Assembly: GCA_963668675.2 (NCBI GenBank)
Contig: CAXXMB010000002.1
Coordinates: forward strand, 512,001-576,000
DNA length: 64,000 nucleotides
Source of the DNA: an uncultured Desulfatitalea sp.
GTDB taxonomy: Bacteria; Desulfobacterota; Desulfobacteria; Desulfobacterales; Desulfosarcinaceae
Reading direction: 5' to 3'
In this document: piece by piece, positions 59,665 to 64,000 of the stretch
Position numbering within the stretch: the first letter of the stretch is position 1
How the letters are laid out: every line of letters starts with the position of its first letter
Position numbers and translations under genes: made by a program
The notes under the pieces: generated by a model
The model's input: only the letters and a program-made list of their open reading frames with translations
Databases searched by the model: none
Told to the model about the DNA's origin: nothing

Positions 59665-60108
59665 CTATTGAATGAAAAAGATGATGCTCTCCAATGGTGT
59701 ACCTTCGGCCGAAAGGATCTCCACCATCCATTCGCCGGTCCAGTCCGGCGACATGGTTTTCGCGCTCCATGTCCGCCAGTTGTTCGAGCGCACCGGCAGT
59801 TTCACGGATGCCTTCAGGGTCCCTTTATAATACCAGTTGTGGGTCACCGAGCTTTCGCCCTCCACACCGACCACACGGCAAAAGCAGTAAACCTTATTGG
59901 TCTCCTTGGCAAACACATCTCCACTGCCCACCGGGGTCCGGTCCACAACATCCTGGCAAACCAAGGCATCCTGAATCGTGTTGACCGCCTGCTGCTCCGG
60001 GGCAGCTGCCTCCTCCTGTTTTTGCTCCTCTGCACTCCATACCGGAGCCGTCGCTCCTAAGATGAGAGTGCCCATCAACAGCAAAACTCCCAAAAGCTTC
60101 AGTTTCAT
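59665..60108 (-). CDS. Exported DUF2914-like protein
   Basis: Signal peptide; VDRTPV, VYCF, H.WY, WRTWS.K, GEW.V. Confidence 0.78.
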   Translation of the reverse strand: MKLKLLGVLLLMGTLILGATAPVWSAEEQKQEEAAAPEQQAVNTIQDALVCQDVVDRTPVGSGDVFAKETNKVYCFCRVVGVEGESSVTHNWYYKGTLKASVKLPVRSNNWRTWSAKTMSPDWTGEWMVEILSAEGTPLESIIFFIQ

Positions 60109-60258
60109 GATTTCCTCCCTGAATATAGATTAGCTGGTTGATGATCGATCGCCGCAAGCGGTATACCATATACGCTGGTAATCGCCTAATATTAGATGAT
60201 TTTCATATATCAACATTTCACCGACATGGCAAACTCAAGGGGTGGGGGATCAAGCGAC

Positions 60259-60942
60259 TCAGAAGGCCGAAACGATCGTAATGTGCCCCCCATTTCTCAC
60301 CAGCTTGACCTTGAACCTGATCAACGTCTCCGTCAGCGGAAGGCCAAAAAGGAAGTCGAGCAATTCCCGATCAAGTCTGGAGCGCTCAACCGTCACCTGG
60401 CGCAGGCTTTGATCGTAACGGACTGTCGCCAGCAATGCCTTTGCAGCCTCCCCTTTTTCATCCTGGCCACTTTTGATGCGCTCAGTCAGTTGGCCGATGC
60501 CGCTGTAGCTGCAGCGCTCCTGGTGCTCGGCAACCAGATCGCTCAGACCGGGCAGCCGCGACAAGAGCCGGTCACGGGTCAACCGGTCGCGGTCATACAT
60601 CTCCGTGATTGCGCGGCTGTCCCAGCAGGTGAGCACACGGCATTCAACCGGCCGATGGTCATAGATGGTGCAGCCGACCTCCTCCTGATTGAGAAAGCGA
60701 CAGGTGGCGTCGGTTTGCGCAGCCCCCTTGATTTTGATAATATCGGTCGGCGCGGGCGACACCACTCCGCGAACGTTGTCGAAGGCCGGCTCTCCCTGGC
60801 GAATGGTGAAGAGTTCTTTCAACGGAATCCGGCCGGAGACCACCAGCTCTTCGTCTTCCAGATGAAGGGCCGGGCCTCCTTTGCAGCAGCACGTTCCGCA
60901 ACGTCGGCATTGGTATTGGATTTGAGTCATTTCGTCAGCCAT
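60259..60942 (-). CDS. YkgJ-family cysteine cluster protein
   Basis: CRRCGTCC, C.FL, C.IY..RP.EC. Confidence 0.85.
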   Translation of the reverse strand: MADEMTQIQYQCRRCGTCCCKGGPALHLEDEELVVSGRIPLKELFTIRQGEPAFDNVRGVVSPAPTDIIKIKGAAQTDATCRFLNQEEVGCTIYDHRPVECRVLTCWDSRAITEMYDRDRLTRDRLLSRLPGLSDLVAEHQERCSYSGIGQLTERIKSGQDEKGEAAKALLATVRYDQSLRQVTVERSRLDRELLDFLFGLPLTETLIRFKVKLVRNGGHITIVSAF

Positions 60943-61041
60943 TATGGCCTTATTACACCAAAGCTCATAAATAGAAAAGGCCGCTTCACCCATTGATGAA
61001 GCGGCCATGGAACAAAGGGTCGGATCGTTATTGGTTAGGGC

Positions 61042-64000
<2,959 letters not shown>

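Overview
64 kb of a GC-rich chromosome from a sulfate-reducing Desulfobacterota member. The Desulfobacterales-like assignment is inferred from gene content: dsrC, a Hdr/Flx cluster, ahbA and PFOR. In order the window carries: the end of a penicillin-binding protein; kdnAB (Kdo8N synthesis); an unusually large GlmS-like protein; a class II aldolase; a sigma54-type acyl-CoA synthetase/Pat acetyltransferase/ACP operon; MFS, SDR and msrAB; an HtrA/Deg protease with a catalytically dead paralogue; a radical SAM-like protein; a GshB-like ligase/peptide ABC transporter/N-formylglutamate amidohydrolase/class III cyclase run; a TAXI-TRAP transporter; an AT-richer mgtE/DUF1538/P-II islet with gene remnants; a cytochrome b/Rieske/octaheme-TPR cluster; bcp, a cyclase-family hydrolase, miaA, a ferritin-like protein and a flavoprotein disulfide reductase; an hdrA-like (HdrL)-mvhD-flxCBA cluster followed by dsrC; yjbQ, ahbA, a nitrilase, DUF2914-like and YkgJ proteins; and most of PFOR. 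The ORF track splits or truncates three genes (bcp, hdrL, mvhD) at in-frame TGA codons that sit at conserved Cys positions. Each TGA is followed by a hairpin whose apical GG lies at exactly +24/+25, so these are three selenoproteins. No rRNA, tRNA, CRISPR array or intact mobile element was seen. All product calls come from motif recognition, not database searches.
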